Made by a program: the position numbers and the translations under genes | Shown here: one piece after another, positions 1 to 12,760 of the stretch | Position numbering within the stretch: the stretch's first letter is position 1 | Layout of the letters: the number at the start of each line of letters is the position of its first letter | The notes under the pieces: model-generated | Told to the model about the DNA's origin: nothing | What the model saw: only the letters and a program-made list of their open reading frames with translations | The model's database searches: none | DNA from: Haliotis rubra | Taxonomy: Eukaryota | Direction: 5' to 3' | NCBI RefSeq assembly: GCF_003918875.1 | Contig: NW_025764891.1 | Coordinates: 4,340,001-4,404,000 of the forward strand | Length of the DNA: 64,000 nucleotides

Positions 1-221
1 TTGCCATTCACTCACTCACTTGAACTGATTCGTACATTAACGTTCGCCAAGCTCTGTGGCCGCCTGTGTGAACCGCGCTCCTTCCTTTCTCATCAAACTG
101 TCGTTTTCAAAATTTACCATCGTCTCTCAGTTTGGTGTTTTTCTCTGGTATATTGAATATGGCAGTGTACATATATACGTATCGACGCCAGGTTTGGAGA
201 AGGCATTGCTGTGATAAAGAT

Positions 222-1130
222 ACTGTACGGCCAACCGTACCTCCAGATACAACAGATGTACGGCCATGAACTGTATGGCCATCCGTACCTCCACCCGTAT
301 CTCTACAACAGATGTACGGTCACCCGTACCTCTACATTAACTGTACGGTCACCCGTACCTCTACATCAACTGTACGGCCACCCGTACCTCTACATCAACT
401 GTACGGTCACCCGTACCTCTACATCAACTGTACGGCCACCCGTACCTCTACATCAACTGTACGGCCACTCGTACCTCTACATCAACTGTACGGCCACCCG
501 TACCTCTACATCAACTGTACGGCCACCCGTACCTCTACATCAACTGTACGGTCACCCGTACCTCTACATCAACTGTACGGTCACCCGTACCTCTACATCA
601 ACTGTACGGTCACCCGTACCTCTACATCAACTGTACGGCCATCCGTAACTCTACATCAACTGTACGGCCACCCGTAACTCTACATCAACTGTACGGTCAC
701 CCGTACCTCCACCCGTACCTCTACATCAACTGTACGACCATCCGTAACTCTACATCAGCTATACGGCCTCCCGTACTCCCGTACCTCTACATCAACTGTA
801 CGGCCCCACGTACTCTCTACATCAACTGTACGGCCTCCCGTACCTCTACATCAACTGTACGGTCACCCGTACCTCTACATAAACTGTACGGCCACCCGTA
901 ACTTTACATCAACTGTACGGCCACCCTTAACTCTACATCAACTGTACGGTCACCCGTACCTCTACATCAACTGTACGGCCACCCTTAACTCTACATCAAC
1001 TGTACGGTCACCCGTACCTCAACATCAACTGTACGGTCACCCGTACCTCTACATCAACTGTACGGTCACCCATACCTCTACATCAACTGTACGGCCATCC
1101 TTAACTCTACATCAACTGTACGGCCACTCG
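222..1130. repeat. 29-bp minisatellite, ~30 copies
   Basis: Unit ctgtacgg(t/c)cacccgtacctctacatcaa. Confidence 0.95.
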
Positions 1131-1133
1131 TGC

Positions 1134-1282
1134 GGTTTTACGCCGCTTTTAGCAATATTGCAGCAATATAACGGCGGGTTCACCAGAAATGGGCTTCACA
1201 CATTGTACCCATATGGGGAATCGAACCCGGGTCTTCAGCTGGACGAGCGGACGCTTGAACCATTATGCTACCCCACCGCCCC
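1134..1282 (-). mobile_element. SINE family A (tRNA-Asp-like head)
   Basis: Matches consensus ggggcggtggggtagcctagtggttaaagcgttcgctcgtcacgccgaagacccgggttcgattccccacatgggtac...gctggaatattgctaaaagcggcgtaaaac(tcac)n. Confidence 0.85.
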
Positions 1283-2022
1283 TAAAATACAAGAAGTAAG
1301 CCACTCATATATTCCAAAGTATGTCTGAAAAACAAGTCATTTTGAAAGACAAGCAGATATTACGCATGTAACAAGCTTTTTCTCTTAAAACCATTCAACA
1401 ATCGTGCCGTTATACTCCTACTCGAGAAACAAAAGGTCAAGCCAAATGCTGAGCACGTTTTCTTTGAGAAGGAACTATTTTAACGGTCGCCCACAACGCT
1501 CATTGTGTTTGCTTAGAGTAAAGTGCAAATACCACAGCTGAAGTTACATAGCTTGCAATTTTGCAAGAGACCGCCGTATAACCAAGATCACTTTACTGAG
1601 TTCATTTACTGGATTAGGAAGATATGCTCGCTTTGAGACCCTGACCTCTCTTCCAGTTGCAGTCCAGGCTGACCTTTCCGGACAGTGACATAGGACTTCA
1701 ACGTACGGGCGAACTGTGTCGTCTATCTATATCCTGCTGTTATGACATATCCATTGCGTTACAATGGTAGATGTGTGGTCACAACACTGAACTAAACATT
1801 GCAATGATTGATCCATTTTCGTCATGCGCTTGGGGTAGAATGGTGTAAACTGCCATACTTTTCATAAAGGTCAGTTTCCACAACTCAGATCAATATAGAT
1901 AATCATTCAAAACACAGAATTCAACCAATGCCATTTCGTTCGATTTAAATGTGTCATGGTAGAATGGAAATGAAAATACCATTCTGTGTAAACTACATTA
2001 AAAATACGTTACTTTCGAAATA

Positions 2023-2184
2023 GTGAGTGAGTTTAGTTTTACGCCGCTTTTAGCAATATTCCAGCAATATCACTCGGCGGGACACCAAAAATGGGCTTCA
2101 CATAATGTACCCATGTGGGGAATCGAACCCGGGTCTTCGGCGTGACGAGTGAACGCTTTAACCACTGGGCTACCCCACCGCCCC
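2023..2184 (-). mobile_element. SINE family A
   Basis: Full length; TSD tactttcgaaata. Confidence 0.9.
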
Positions 2185-2662
2185 TACTTTCGAAATACTT
2201 AATCAAGAGATGCTTGATTGAAGTCACGTGGTGCTTTAGGTCCTCAAGCCAATTCGTAGGGCTCGATGATTACCTTTAAAACAAGTATAATACACTGGCG
2301 ATCTTACAAATGTATACCTGATATGAAGTGAACTTGATGATCATGGCTCAGTTATTTTAGCTGATGGTTACAGGGTCATACTTTACATACATATATGATT
2401 CCCCGATGTCTTGTTCCGTTTTTCAAGTTAGTTCCACTCAAGACCACTTTACTAGCGAAGACTTTGAGAGTGGGCATCTGTTTTCATTAAGGGGAACATA
2501 TCAAGACTTGTTGTAGTACAGCCATTGACACATCAAAGGAAGGAAGACATTAATATAGACCCGAGACCTCGTAATTTGAACAGAGTAAATGAAAGGTCTA
2601 ATGATAGAGCTCCAGAGATTGATCCCATCTTGGGCTGTCATCTGTGTGGTATGAATGTTTTC

Positions 2663-2814
2663 GTGAGTGAGTTAAGTTTTACGTCGCTTTTAGCATTATT
2701 CCAGAAACATCACGGCGGGGGACACCAGAAATGGGCTTCACACAATGTACCCATGTGGGGAATCGAACCCGGGTCTTGGGCGTGACAAGCGAAAGCTTTA
2801 ACCACTAGGCTACC
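2663..2814 (-). mobile_element. SINE family A
   Basis: Consensus match. Confidence 0.85.
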
Positions 2815-2976
2815 ACTAGGTGGTAGAGTTTATGTCATCATGTGTGGATCGCTGCTCATGCATGGGTTGTTGCTCATGATATCAGCCCTTGGTTTGTGTG
2901 GTGTGCATGCACTGGATTAGTTACACACCGCCTTTACATAGCTGGAACAGTGCAGCGTAAAACCTCCAAACAATTT

Positions 2977-3142
2977 GGGCCGGTGGGGTAGCCTAGTGGT
3001 TAAAGTGTTCGCTCGTCATGCCGCTGGCCCGGGTTCGAATTCCCACATGGGTACAATGTGTGAAGCCCATTTCTGGTGCCCCCCGCCGTGATATTGCTGG
3101 AAGATTGCTAAAAGCGACGTAAAACCAAACTCAGTCAGTCAG
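2977..3142 (+). mobile_element. SINE family A
   Basis: TSD tccaaacaatt. Confidence 0.9.
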
Positions 3143-3575
3143 TCCAAACAATTACTACAATTTCAAGTTTTGTATTCACGTTATCTCAAACATGATCACG
3201 TACTCAACTGACATAGGGTAGCTTAGGGTAATTGTCGCTTGAAAGGGCAACCTGCTTGATCGTAGGCGTTATATCGCTACTCAGCGGATATGTCACTTGT
3301 ACACGGAACTGTGCACGCCCTGCCTGCAGCTATAGTCAAGTCAATACCGCAGCGGGGGCATTTATAATCACTTTCTTTGATTGTAACAACTGCATTCGTG
3401 TGTGCGAGTACGTGCGCGTGCGCGTAGATCACTTTGGTGTCGCACACGCACAGACAGACACGCACGCACACACTTGATCCTGAGAATCCGCCCCTAGCTT
3501 CTTCAAGATGCGCAGGCTGGATTATGGAGTGAATTGAAAAGCTAAGGTCGAAATGGAGTTAAGTGTAGAGGGTGG

Positions 3576-3747
3576 GTGAATGAGTGAGTGAGTGAGTGAG
3601 TGAGTTTGGTTTTACGCCAGTTTTAGCAATATTCCAACAACATCACGGCGGGGGACGCCAGATATGGGCTTCACACATTGTATCCATGAACCCGGGTCTT
3701 CGGCGTGATGAGCGAACGCTTTAACCACTAGGCTACCCCACCGCCCC
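3576..3747 (-). mobile_element. SINE family A
   Basis: Consensus match with long (tcac)n tail. Confidence 0.85.
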
Positions 3748-5255
3748 TGCGTTAACGATAACCCAACATAGGTACAACATGATGCCATGTTTGGTGTACC
3801 CGACTTTAATACTGATAGAATATTGAATAAAAGACAGGCTCTAGCTACCTCACAAAGAAATACCACTTGACGTGTGACGCAGTTAAAGTACAGAGCGATT
3901 AAAGCGGGGGACCTTTTCGTTTTCCTATTTTCACTTAGAGCCACTTGATGATGAAAGGGGAACGGAAACCTAAACGCGAATGTTATCAAGTGAGCAATTC
4001 TATCCATATTTACATTATATGGCCATAAACATGTTTTCTATTCAAACGGTCAACATTAAAGCCATACTGAAGACTGTCCCCACTTCGACCCCTAAACACA
4101 ACAAGTTGTGTAGATCGCCCGCCATCGCACCATTAATCTCATTCTCTTCCTGCATCAAATGCCATTTATCCCACAAAGAATAATTACAATACAAGCACCC
4201 CTTCGTGTTTTGTCCGTCCCATGGGAACTTTCACTATATGATTCCCTGGGTACTTAACGGTCGTGGAACGTCGACCAATAAAGGAACAATCGGACCACTG
4301 CAGGCGACGTAAAGAGCCCGCCTCATTAACACACGGTACACCTGTTGGCAGCAGTGGGAGACAAGGATTGTCGAAATATATTCTTAGTACCAGGAACGTT
4401 TCTAACTCTACCAGCCCTGATCGAGGGCACCATGCCTTGGTTCAATGACATGGTGGGAGAGAGGATGGCGACGTGGTGGCAGTCAGGCAAGGGTGAGGAT
4501 GTTAAAGGTCAACCACCAGTGACAATGTCGATAAAATCAATGTGCTTTTTGTTCAATGGATCCTACTTATGCTTGCAAAAAAACTTTGAAATTCACAAAT
4601 AATTCAACAAATTTATTGAGGAGCATTATAACTAATACAATTTGTCAGTTTGTGTGAATATGTAATTATTTTTGTTTGTTTTTTTAAAATAAAAAATTGT
4701 TTGAGTTTTCAAACTACGGAACACTGCAGTGGATATTCACACGCTCTCCTGGCAATCTCGACCTTGGAAGACAAGCTAAATATGCCGCGGAAAGTGCATG
4801 AATGCGAGGCCATAATACTTGGCTAATGTTATGTGTTTGTTTTTTTCAGCAAGAAAACACAAACTTCAATTTAAGTTTAATAGAATCAACAATTCAGATA
4901 ACCGCGGAATATATTTAGGACTGTCTTTTTCAGTATTCCACATGTAACACCACCACGGAAAACAAAACCTGTACACGAGTCCACTGACATTTGTGCTTCT
5001 AAATCATCCAACTGTTAAACTTGTATCTGCGATAAAATACCCATGGTCGTGGTAAAACATACTTCTATGTGCTTGAGTGTGAACATATCTGAATTGAAGA
5101 CGCATATGTATCTTATCGAGTCACCCATACATGTAGCAACTGACTGACAGAATATTGTATGGGTACAATTTGTAAGCTGATAGGAGCAAGATTGGGTACA
5201 CATGTTGGTCATTGATTATGTGTATTGTTGATCAACCTATCGATCACTTTGTTTG

Positions 5256-5513
5256 ACCCGTGAAGATCCGGGGTAGAATAGGTCTTCAGCAACCGATGTG
5301 CTTGCCATAAAAAGGCGACTATGCTTGTCGTAAGAGGCGACTAACGGGATCGGGTGGTCAGTTTCGCTGACTTGGTTGACACATGTCATCGTTTCCCAAT
5401 TGCGCAGATCGATGCTCATACTGTTGATCACTGGACTGTCTGGTCCAGACTCGATTATTTACAGACCGCCGCCATATAGCTGGGATATTGCTGAGTGCGG
5501 CGTAAAACTAAAC
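5256..5513 (+). mobile_element. Family B non-tRNA SINE-like retroposon, full length
   Basis: Starts (g)acccgtgaagatcc, ends gcggcgtaaaactaaac. TSD tcactttgtttg at 5244-5255 and 5514-5525. The gtcgtaagaggcgac hairpin is internally duplicated. Confidence 0.85.
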
Positions 5514-5581
5514 TCACTTTGTTTGGCCAAGACTCGCATGTTCACAATTAACCCCTGCAAGTGGCGTGAGGCGAGGTGAAT

Positions 5582-5744
5582 AGTGAGTGAGTATGGATTT
5601 TACGCCGCATTTAGCAATATTCCAGCAATATCATGGCGGGGACACCAGAAACAGGCTTCACACATTGTACCCATGTGGGGATTCGAATCCGGATCTTCAG
5701 CGTAACGAGGAACGCCTTAACGACTAGGCTACCCCACCCACCCC
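5582..5744 (-). mobile_element. SINE family A
   Basis: TSD aggcgaggtgaa. Confidence 0.88.
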
Positions 5745-5869
5745 TAGGCGAGGTGAAATGGAGTTTAGCTACGAGCATCCACTTGGTGTGGCTGCTTGCG
5801 CCAGTCCGGACTGATGTCCGCCTAACACCATGCCGACGTTAACATGGATATCCAACTTAGAAAAGTCAT

Positions 5870-6042
5870 AGCGATTCAGTGGTGACCAGTGCTTGGTATA
5901 TCCCATTCATTAAGACATCGTATCACAATTGTGTAGATCGATGCTCATGCTGATGATCATTGGATTGTCTGGTCCAGACTAGAATATTTACAGACCGCCG
6001 CCATATAGCTGGAATATTGCCGAGTGAGGCGAACAAACAACC
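5870..6042 (+). mobile_element. Degenerate family B 3' half (similar remnants at ~2830-2962, 11490-11640, 38740-38865, 49660-49740, 54655-54700)
   Basis: gatcgatgctcatgc...ggattgtctggtccagact...ccatatagctggaatattgc. Confidence 0.7.
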
Positions 6043-6790
6043 AAGGAATCAGTACGAGCACCAGGCAGAGTAACAACAACTACCTCCTTTGACGTCTTTT
6101 GGTATGAGACCGCCGAGAATCGAACCATCGAATTTATACTCGCCGGGAAGGCACTCTTTCCACTAGACTATGTAAAGGTCCAGATGATATAGCTCAGAAT
6201 AGTGATACCTGCGGCGTATAATAGCGTTTGTTCCATCGCAACGTTTAACCTCAACGCATATAAATGTCCAGGGCCACTGCAGGCGGACACTACCCATGTC
6301 GAGGCGGTCAAGTGATAAACGTTTACTGTACACAATCAGGGATTAAGGAGTTTATGGTAATTTGAGGGCGACTGTCTGCTTACAAGGCGTTAATGGCGTG
6401 TTTACGGTGGAGGTGACAAATATCCCAACTGTGTTGCTAAGTCTGGGATTTGAATGGACACGCCTGAGTGAATACCAAATAAAACATGTAGGTGTCATCG
6501 TAAACAACTTTCTCGGGTTACGACCTTAGATGGCATCACGTGACAATACCACGTGATATGATGATGTAAGTAATCATTTGGGATACGCGCATAAATCATG
6601 TTCCTTGTGGGTATCCGGGTGTGGAAACAGTTCCATCAGAAGCGGTCGTAAAATTTTTGAAATATCGATATCACGTGTAACCTGACAACAACATATATCA
6701 ATGATTTACGATGACTTTATGAGAGTGTCATTTTCAATAGCTTGTCTACTGATTTTACAGATTCGTTCATATTAAACCCGTTATTTGTCG

Positions 6791-8122
6791 TCAGCAACCC
6801 ATGTTGGTCGTAAGAGGCGACTAACGGGATCGTGTGGCCAGGCCTGTACAACCCCAATATGTAAAATCAAGACAATATATAAAAACTAACGCAATATGTG
6901 AAAACTTAACGCAAAACGTAAAATATAACACAATATGTAAAAGATTAACGCCAAAAGTTAAAAATGTCTTTAACGCAATATGTCAAAACCTAACGCAAAA
7001 TGTAAAAACAATTTTTAACGCAATTTGTAAAAGTTTAACGGAATCGTAAAATACAACTAGTACTGTTGTTTATTGTTTTGGCGACTTGGTTTAACTTGGA
7101 ATTCTGCTGATATATGTTCTTTTGCATTTTTTTCTTTTTCTTTTCATTGTTTTTGTTGAGAGACCAGTTTTTCTTCAGATTTGTCCTATTTAGTGGTGAA
7201 TTAATAGCAAAACATTTTCCTTTATGGAATTAATGTATTAGTTACTTTTCCTGGTAGTGTGTTTTATAATCTCACTTCAAAATACACAAATGAAATGCAA
7301 CAAATCCTGAGTTTGAGCCATCCCATAGGAATTACGAGAGACTTGGGAATTTGTTCCAGAAACACTTTGAATGAAATTTAGAGAGAATACTATATTTATG
7401 ATGATGTATTTACAAATATTATATTACTCCAAAATGTAGCTATGGTGGTTCAAAATGTAGCTATGGTGGTTCAAGATGCACGCATCTAGGAACTATTCTA
7501 GTATTCCCTTAAACCGCCCATCGTTGTTTCATGTACATAGTCACATCATAACTATTGGCGCTCTCTCCTATATCAGTTGCTAGGTCCGGAGTCCAATGGT
7601 CAGAGCTACCATCTCGATACCAAGTACCAGTTGCAATTAATTCAAACCCCCATACACAATTAATTAAAATTGGAAACATTACTAAAATTGGAAAATAGAC
7701 TATAAGATCGATTAAAATGTCTCTATATACAAGTAAATTATACGTTTATCGACTATGCTTATATGTATACTGAAGGAGGTAAAATTTTGTTAAAAAAGTT
7801 TATTTTGTAAGAAACATTTTGACATCTTAGTTTTTGTAACTAAATTCAATTCTTGCCAAAATTTTCGATTGCCACCCCCATTATTCAAACCTAAAACTGG
7901 ATTGTTTTTACATTTTGTACCTTTTGCGTTAAAGACATCTTTTACATATTGCGTTAATATTTTACATATTGCGTTATTTTTTACGTTTTGCGTTAGTTTT
8001 TACATATTGTTTTGATTTTACATATTGGGGTTGTACAAGGCTCGCTGACATGATTGACACATGTCATCGTATCCCATTTACGTGGATCGATGCTCATGCT
8101 CTTGATCACTGGACTGTCTTGT
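6791..8122 (+). mobile_element. Family B copy split by a MITE (6791-6843 plus 8038-8122)
   Basis: ...gactaacgggatcgtgtggccaggc resumes as aggctcgctgacatgattgacacatgtcatc. Confidence 0.75.
6845..8037. mobile_element. ~1.2 kb MITE/foldback element with long modular TIRs
   Basis: tgtacaaccccaatatgtaaaatcaa at the left and its reverse complement ending at 8037. Arrays of aacgcaa(t/a)atgtaaaa subrepeats at both ends; 3-4 bp (a)ggc target duplication. Confidence 0.8.
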
Positions 8123-8444
8123 CCCGTTATGTAGCTACAATGTTGTTGAATGTGACGCATAACACACAAAGAATGAAGGTATAAGATCTTGATTTTTAAA
8201 GTACACGGTTGTTGGTGTGAGCTTTACAGACGGTAACTCCTTTTCCTAATTGTTTAAGTCATGCTTTTTGCAGGTAGTATACCTCACCTACAGCGGAGCT
8301 CGGTTTATCTGGAGCACTCTTTCCCGGTAACATCGTACACATTTACAAGAGACAGGATTGACGAATCGTGAATCATGCTCTCAGTCTAGTTCCAGGGTTG
8401 TAGGGTTCTCTGACAACCTGGTTCACATATAATCTGTACCATCA

Positions 8445-8608
8445 GTGAGTGAGTGTGTTGGGTTTGACGCCGATTTTAGCAATATACCACTATATCACGG
8501 CGGGGGAATCCACAAAAGGGCTTCATACATTGTACCAATGTGAAGAATCGAACTCGGGCCTTCGGCATGACGAGCGAACGCTTTAACCACTGGACTACCC
8601 TACCGCTC
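8445..8608 (-). mobile_element. SINE family A, diverged (other diverged copies at ~9711-9860, 17221-17352, 18215-18328(+), 20530-20640, 28260-28370, 38360-38460, 55757-55900(+))
   Basis: Partial consensus matches. Confidence 0.7.
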
Positions 8609-9332
8609 CATCTGTATCATTAAGGCACACTTACGTACTGTGTTAATGGCATATTAAGGAATGAAACATGCCCCAGTTTGTCTGAGAGAGAGCGAGATGG
8701 ACTCGTGTACGTCAGCAGTGTACACCGTGCCATTATAACGTAGGAGGTGTTATATACATACACGGTTTCTGTAACCCGACACCTGTCAATTAAAACAAAT
8801 ATATATGGCTGGTACATGAGCAGCCTCTCGGAAGAAATAGTCACTTTAAGTGTATATAGGGTCACAATCGCTGCTATACATATCAGGTTCCGTGAATGGC
8901 AACACCTTGTATAGCCGATTGCCACTTTCAGCCCTCATTTGTGACAGGAAGCCATATTAGAAGTGGCAGCTGCTTTCTATACGAAGAAACACTTGTTCGA
9001 TATATAATTCATGCGTTATTTATGTTATCGAAGCGCACAGAGGTCTACTTCGTGATGAACAAATATATTAACATCTAAAAATACGCGTTGATAGAAATTA
9101 AAAAATCGGGCATCGCCAGGGGCTTCATTCTATTTTCTGTCATCCTATGATAAATGGTATGTTTTAGTATGTCTTTTGATCAATAGAAACACATGATATT
9201 TGCTGATCAGAGCTCTTTACAAGAAATTATAACAGTAACTTATTTGTTAACACAGCTTAGGAACATTATTTAACCGTTATGCGGACTTTCTACATTGGTC
9301 GGTATCGTCGTTGGTTGAAAATATTTTCTGTT

Positions 9333-9660
9333 AAGGTGTGGTGGGGCAGCGCTAACTACACAACTATCTCAGGAATATGATGGCTGAAGGTGTGGTGGGG
9401 CAGCGCTAACTATACAACTATCTCAGGAATATGATGGCTGAAGGTGTGGTGGGGCAGCGCTAACTATACAACTATCTCAGGAATATGATGGCTGAAGGTG
9501 TGGTGGGGCAGCGCTAACTATACAACTATCTCAGGAATATGATGGCTGAAGGTGTGGTGGGGCAGCGCTAACTATACAACTATCTCAGGAATATGATGGC
9601 TGAACAACTATCTCTCAGGAATATGATGGCTGCTGACTATCGAGGAATATGATGACTGAG
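9333..9660. repeat. 54-bp minisatellite, 5 copies plus partials
   Basis: Unit aaggtgtggtggggcagcgctaactatacaactatctcaggaatatgatggctg at 9333, 9387, 9441, 9495, 9549. Confidence 0.95.
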
Positions 9661-9920
9661 GGTGCGAGCAACAAGTACCACGACTGTCACAGCTAGGAGC
9701 CCGTTTCCCGAATGAGTGAATTCGTTATTTTATACCACTTTAAGCAATATTCTAGCCTTTTATCATAGCTGGAGACATCAGTAATAAGCTTTGTACCAAT
9801 GAACCCGGCGCTAGGATGTGACGAGCAAACACGTTATCTACTAGGCTATCCCTCCGTCCCTCACTAACAATATCAAAGGCCATTGTGATCACCTGACCAG
9901 ACTAACTCGTCCAACCTATG

Positions 9921-10087
9921 ACTGACTGACTGAGTTTGGTTTTACGCCGCTTTTAGCAATATTCCAGCAATATCATGGCGGGGGGCACCAGAAATGGGCT
10001 TCACTCATTGTTCCCATGTGGGGATTCGAACCCGGGTTTTCGGCGTGACGAGCCAACGCTTTAACCACTAGACTACCCCACATCCCC
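9921..10087 (-). mobile_element. SINE family A
   Basis: TSD tccaacctatg. Confidence 0.9.
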
Positions 10088-11345
10088 TCCAACCTATGCG
10101 ATATATGGGATATACCGTGTACTGTGAGGACCCATCTTTGTAACTACAAATACCTCAATACTACTCGTCTTTCTGTCGAGGGGAAGATATGAAAGCCCGA
10201 TATTTACGGAAACGTAATGGTGCCACATTGGAAGCATACTTTCGAATAATTTCTCGTCATTTCCATTATGTTTTTTGAAATGCCGATTATTTTCTCGTTA
10301 ACTCAATTTTATTTATGAAAATCGATATTTCAATTTTGTTATACTCCGATACTTTTTTAGAGACGTCCATTATTTTCTCGTTATTTCAATTATTATATTT
10401 GTTAACATTTCACCTTTTTCTTGCCGTTTATTTTTTATTGCAATTGGATTATTTTCTCTTATTTCAAATTACATAAAACATCTAGAGAATAATCATAATA
10501 ATGAGCCAAATACTCGAATTTCGATTTACAATATAAAGGTGCATGCCAAAGTGCCATCATTAAAACTTATGCTAGGTTATTATATTCTGGCTTGATGGCT
10601 TATTGATACACTCGGATTATATCGGCTTGTATGTACCGCAGGGCTCTTCCTACTGGCCCTTCGCTCGAGTAGTTGTATAAGAACATTCTACAGGAAACTT
10701 GGTATCCGCCAAACCCAAGTGCAAATTCGGTTATTGTATGCTCAGATGAGACAAATATTCACGTTAGAAGGTGAAATCAAATTAACGGCCAGGCTGAATG
10801 GAATCAATTTTAACTGAAAATTGTGGTTGCCTCCTTTTGATGGCCGAGATCACAATGGGATTTCAGTCGATGGGAATGGGCTACGTATAGGTGTGTTGTC
10901 AAGGGAGCTAACTCTTATCACCTTGAACTGCGACGGTATTCACAAAACAATGAATGTCGACTGGGTTTGTTTCTTGTTTTATCGGCTTTAAATGCATTTG
11001 TACTACATGCTGTTGATAAATGCTTTCTTTCAACAGTGGTCGTTGTTTAACCATAATCTTCGTTTGTTGATTAACTTGAAATAATGAGCGAAGCGCAGTA
11101 AAATCATCTTTATGGCTGTTCAGATGTTTATGGTACGTTTTCTGGAGAATTTACAGTGTAAAGTAGTGTCCCTTAGCTTTTACAGGATTCGAAAGCGATA
11201 TTGGTAGTGTTAGCACATTACCTGTGCTCGCGGGTCTCCTCCAAATGCTATCCATAAACTTTAAGCTGAGGCGCTGTAATATATATTGATCAGGGCAAAC
11301 CAAACCAATTAACTTCTTTGATAGGCATTTGGAAGTTGGGGCAGT

Positions 11346-11453
11346 AAGGAAGGATGACAATATATGGATGAACAACTTCTTTATTGCCGTGAGAGCTCTC
11401 ACAGCTCTCACAGCAATAAAGAAGTTGTTCATCCGTATATTGTTATCCTTCTT
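11346..11453. repeat. ~50-bp-arm inverted repeat
   Basis: ggatgaacaacttctttattgccgtgagagct and agctctcacagcaataaagaagttgttcatcc. Confidence 0.85.
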
Positions 11454-11696
11454 CAAACCAATTAAATCAGACTTTGCAAGAGGAATTGGTCTCGCTGATT
11501 TGATGCATGTCACTGTATCCCAATGACGATGGTAGATGTTCATGTTGTTCACTGGACTGCCTAGTCCAGACTCGGATAATATTTACGGATAATCGTTATA
11601 TGGCTGGCATATTGCCGAGTGTGTGTTACACAACAAACAAAATGTAATTGCTCATAGTTGATGTTAGTGAACTTACATTTCGCTTGAAATCATTGT

Positions 11697-11861
11697 GGGG
11701 CGGTGGGGTAGCCTAGTGGTTAAAGCGTTGGTTCGTCACGCAGAAGACCCGGGTTCGATTCCCCACATGGGCACAATGTGTGAAGCCCATTTCTGGTGTA
11801 CCCCGCCGTGATATTGCTGGAATATTGCTAAAAGCGGCGTAAAACCATCCTCACTCACTCA
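11697..11861 (+). mobile_element. SINE family A
   Basis: TSD cttgaaatcattgt. Confidence 0.9.
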
Positions 11862-11920
11862 CTTGAAATCATTGTGGTGAACTCAAATATGTTACCAAGG
11901 CTACGACACTGCCAAAGACT

Positions 11921-12268
11921 TGAGTGGGTGAGTGATTGGTTTTACGCCGCTTTTACCAGTATTCCACAATATAACGGCGAGGGACAGCAGAACTGAGGTT
12001 TCACGAGAGGATATCGAACCCGGGGCTTCAGCTAACCACAAGGCTATCTCACCTCCATACATAAGAATTGATATAAGATATATGGCATATATGGCGGGTC
12101 GACGGCGTAGCCTAGTGGTTAAAGTGTTCGCTTCCCATGCCGAAGACCCGGTTCGATTCCCCACGTACCCGGGGGAATCGAACCCGGGTCTTCGGCATGT
12201 GCAGCCCATTTCTTGTGTTCCCCGCTGGAATATTGCTAAAAGCGGCCTAAAACCATACTCACTCACTG
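11921..12268. mobile_element. Head-to-head rearranged pair of SINE A copies
   Basis: Minus copy ~11921-12052; plus copy ~12093-12268 with an internal inverted B-box duplication. Confidence 0.75.
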
Positions 12269-12760
12269 CATAAAGACACAATCAGCATGGCTGAACACTC
12301 GCCATCAGATTCCTATTTGTCGGCGATTACGAATAGTATGGCACAGTTAGACACCTCCTGTTTCCTGGAATCCCCATGGGACTCGTTCAGATGCGAATGA
12401 ATGTCAATGAGTCTGGTTACACGTTGGACCGCCAGATCAAATTCAACGTGCTTCTAGACAGATGCATCTTATAACGTACCCAGATCATATTGAGTTAATG
12501 TGTTTGTATTCATTGACCGCCACACTGAAGTCCTATAAGCTGATAGGAAAGGTACATCACGACCCAGACTTTCTCTGTTTAAGTTTGTTTTCTGGTGGTC
12601 GAAACGTTAAAATGTTATTGATATTTAACCACGATAAACATTTTGGACCCTACCTCAGGAGCATAAGAAACCTGTAATCGTTGCCAGAGATCAAGTTCAA
12701 ACAAACGGAGAACCCCACAGCAAGCATATTTGAGGGCTATGTTTCTGGACCAGATCACAA

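Noticed and set aside
211-677. Repetitive ORFs (HQLYGHPYL...) and a CRISPR-like look of palindromic 29-bp repeats
   Set aside because: Head-to-tail minisatellite with no unique spacers and no cas genes. The unit is not a multiple of 3, so the ORFs are by-products.
11697-11775. tRNA-Asp-like gene
   Set aside because: No acceptor stem or Pol III terminator. It continues into a SINE body and has a TSD, so it is a SINE head.
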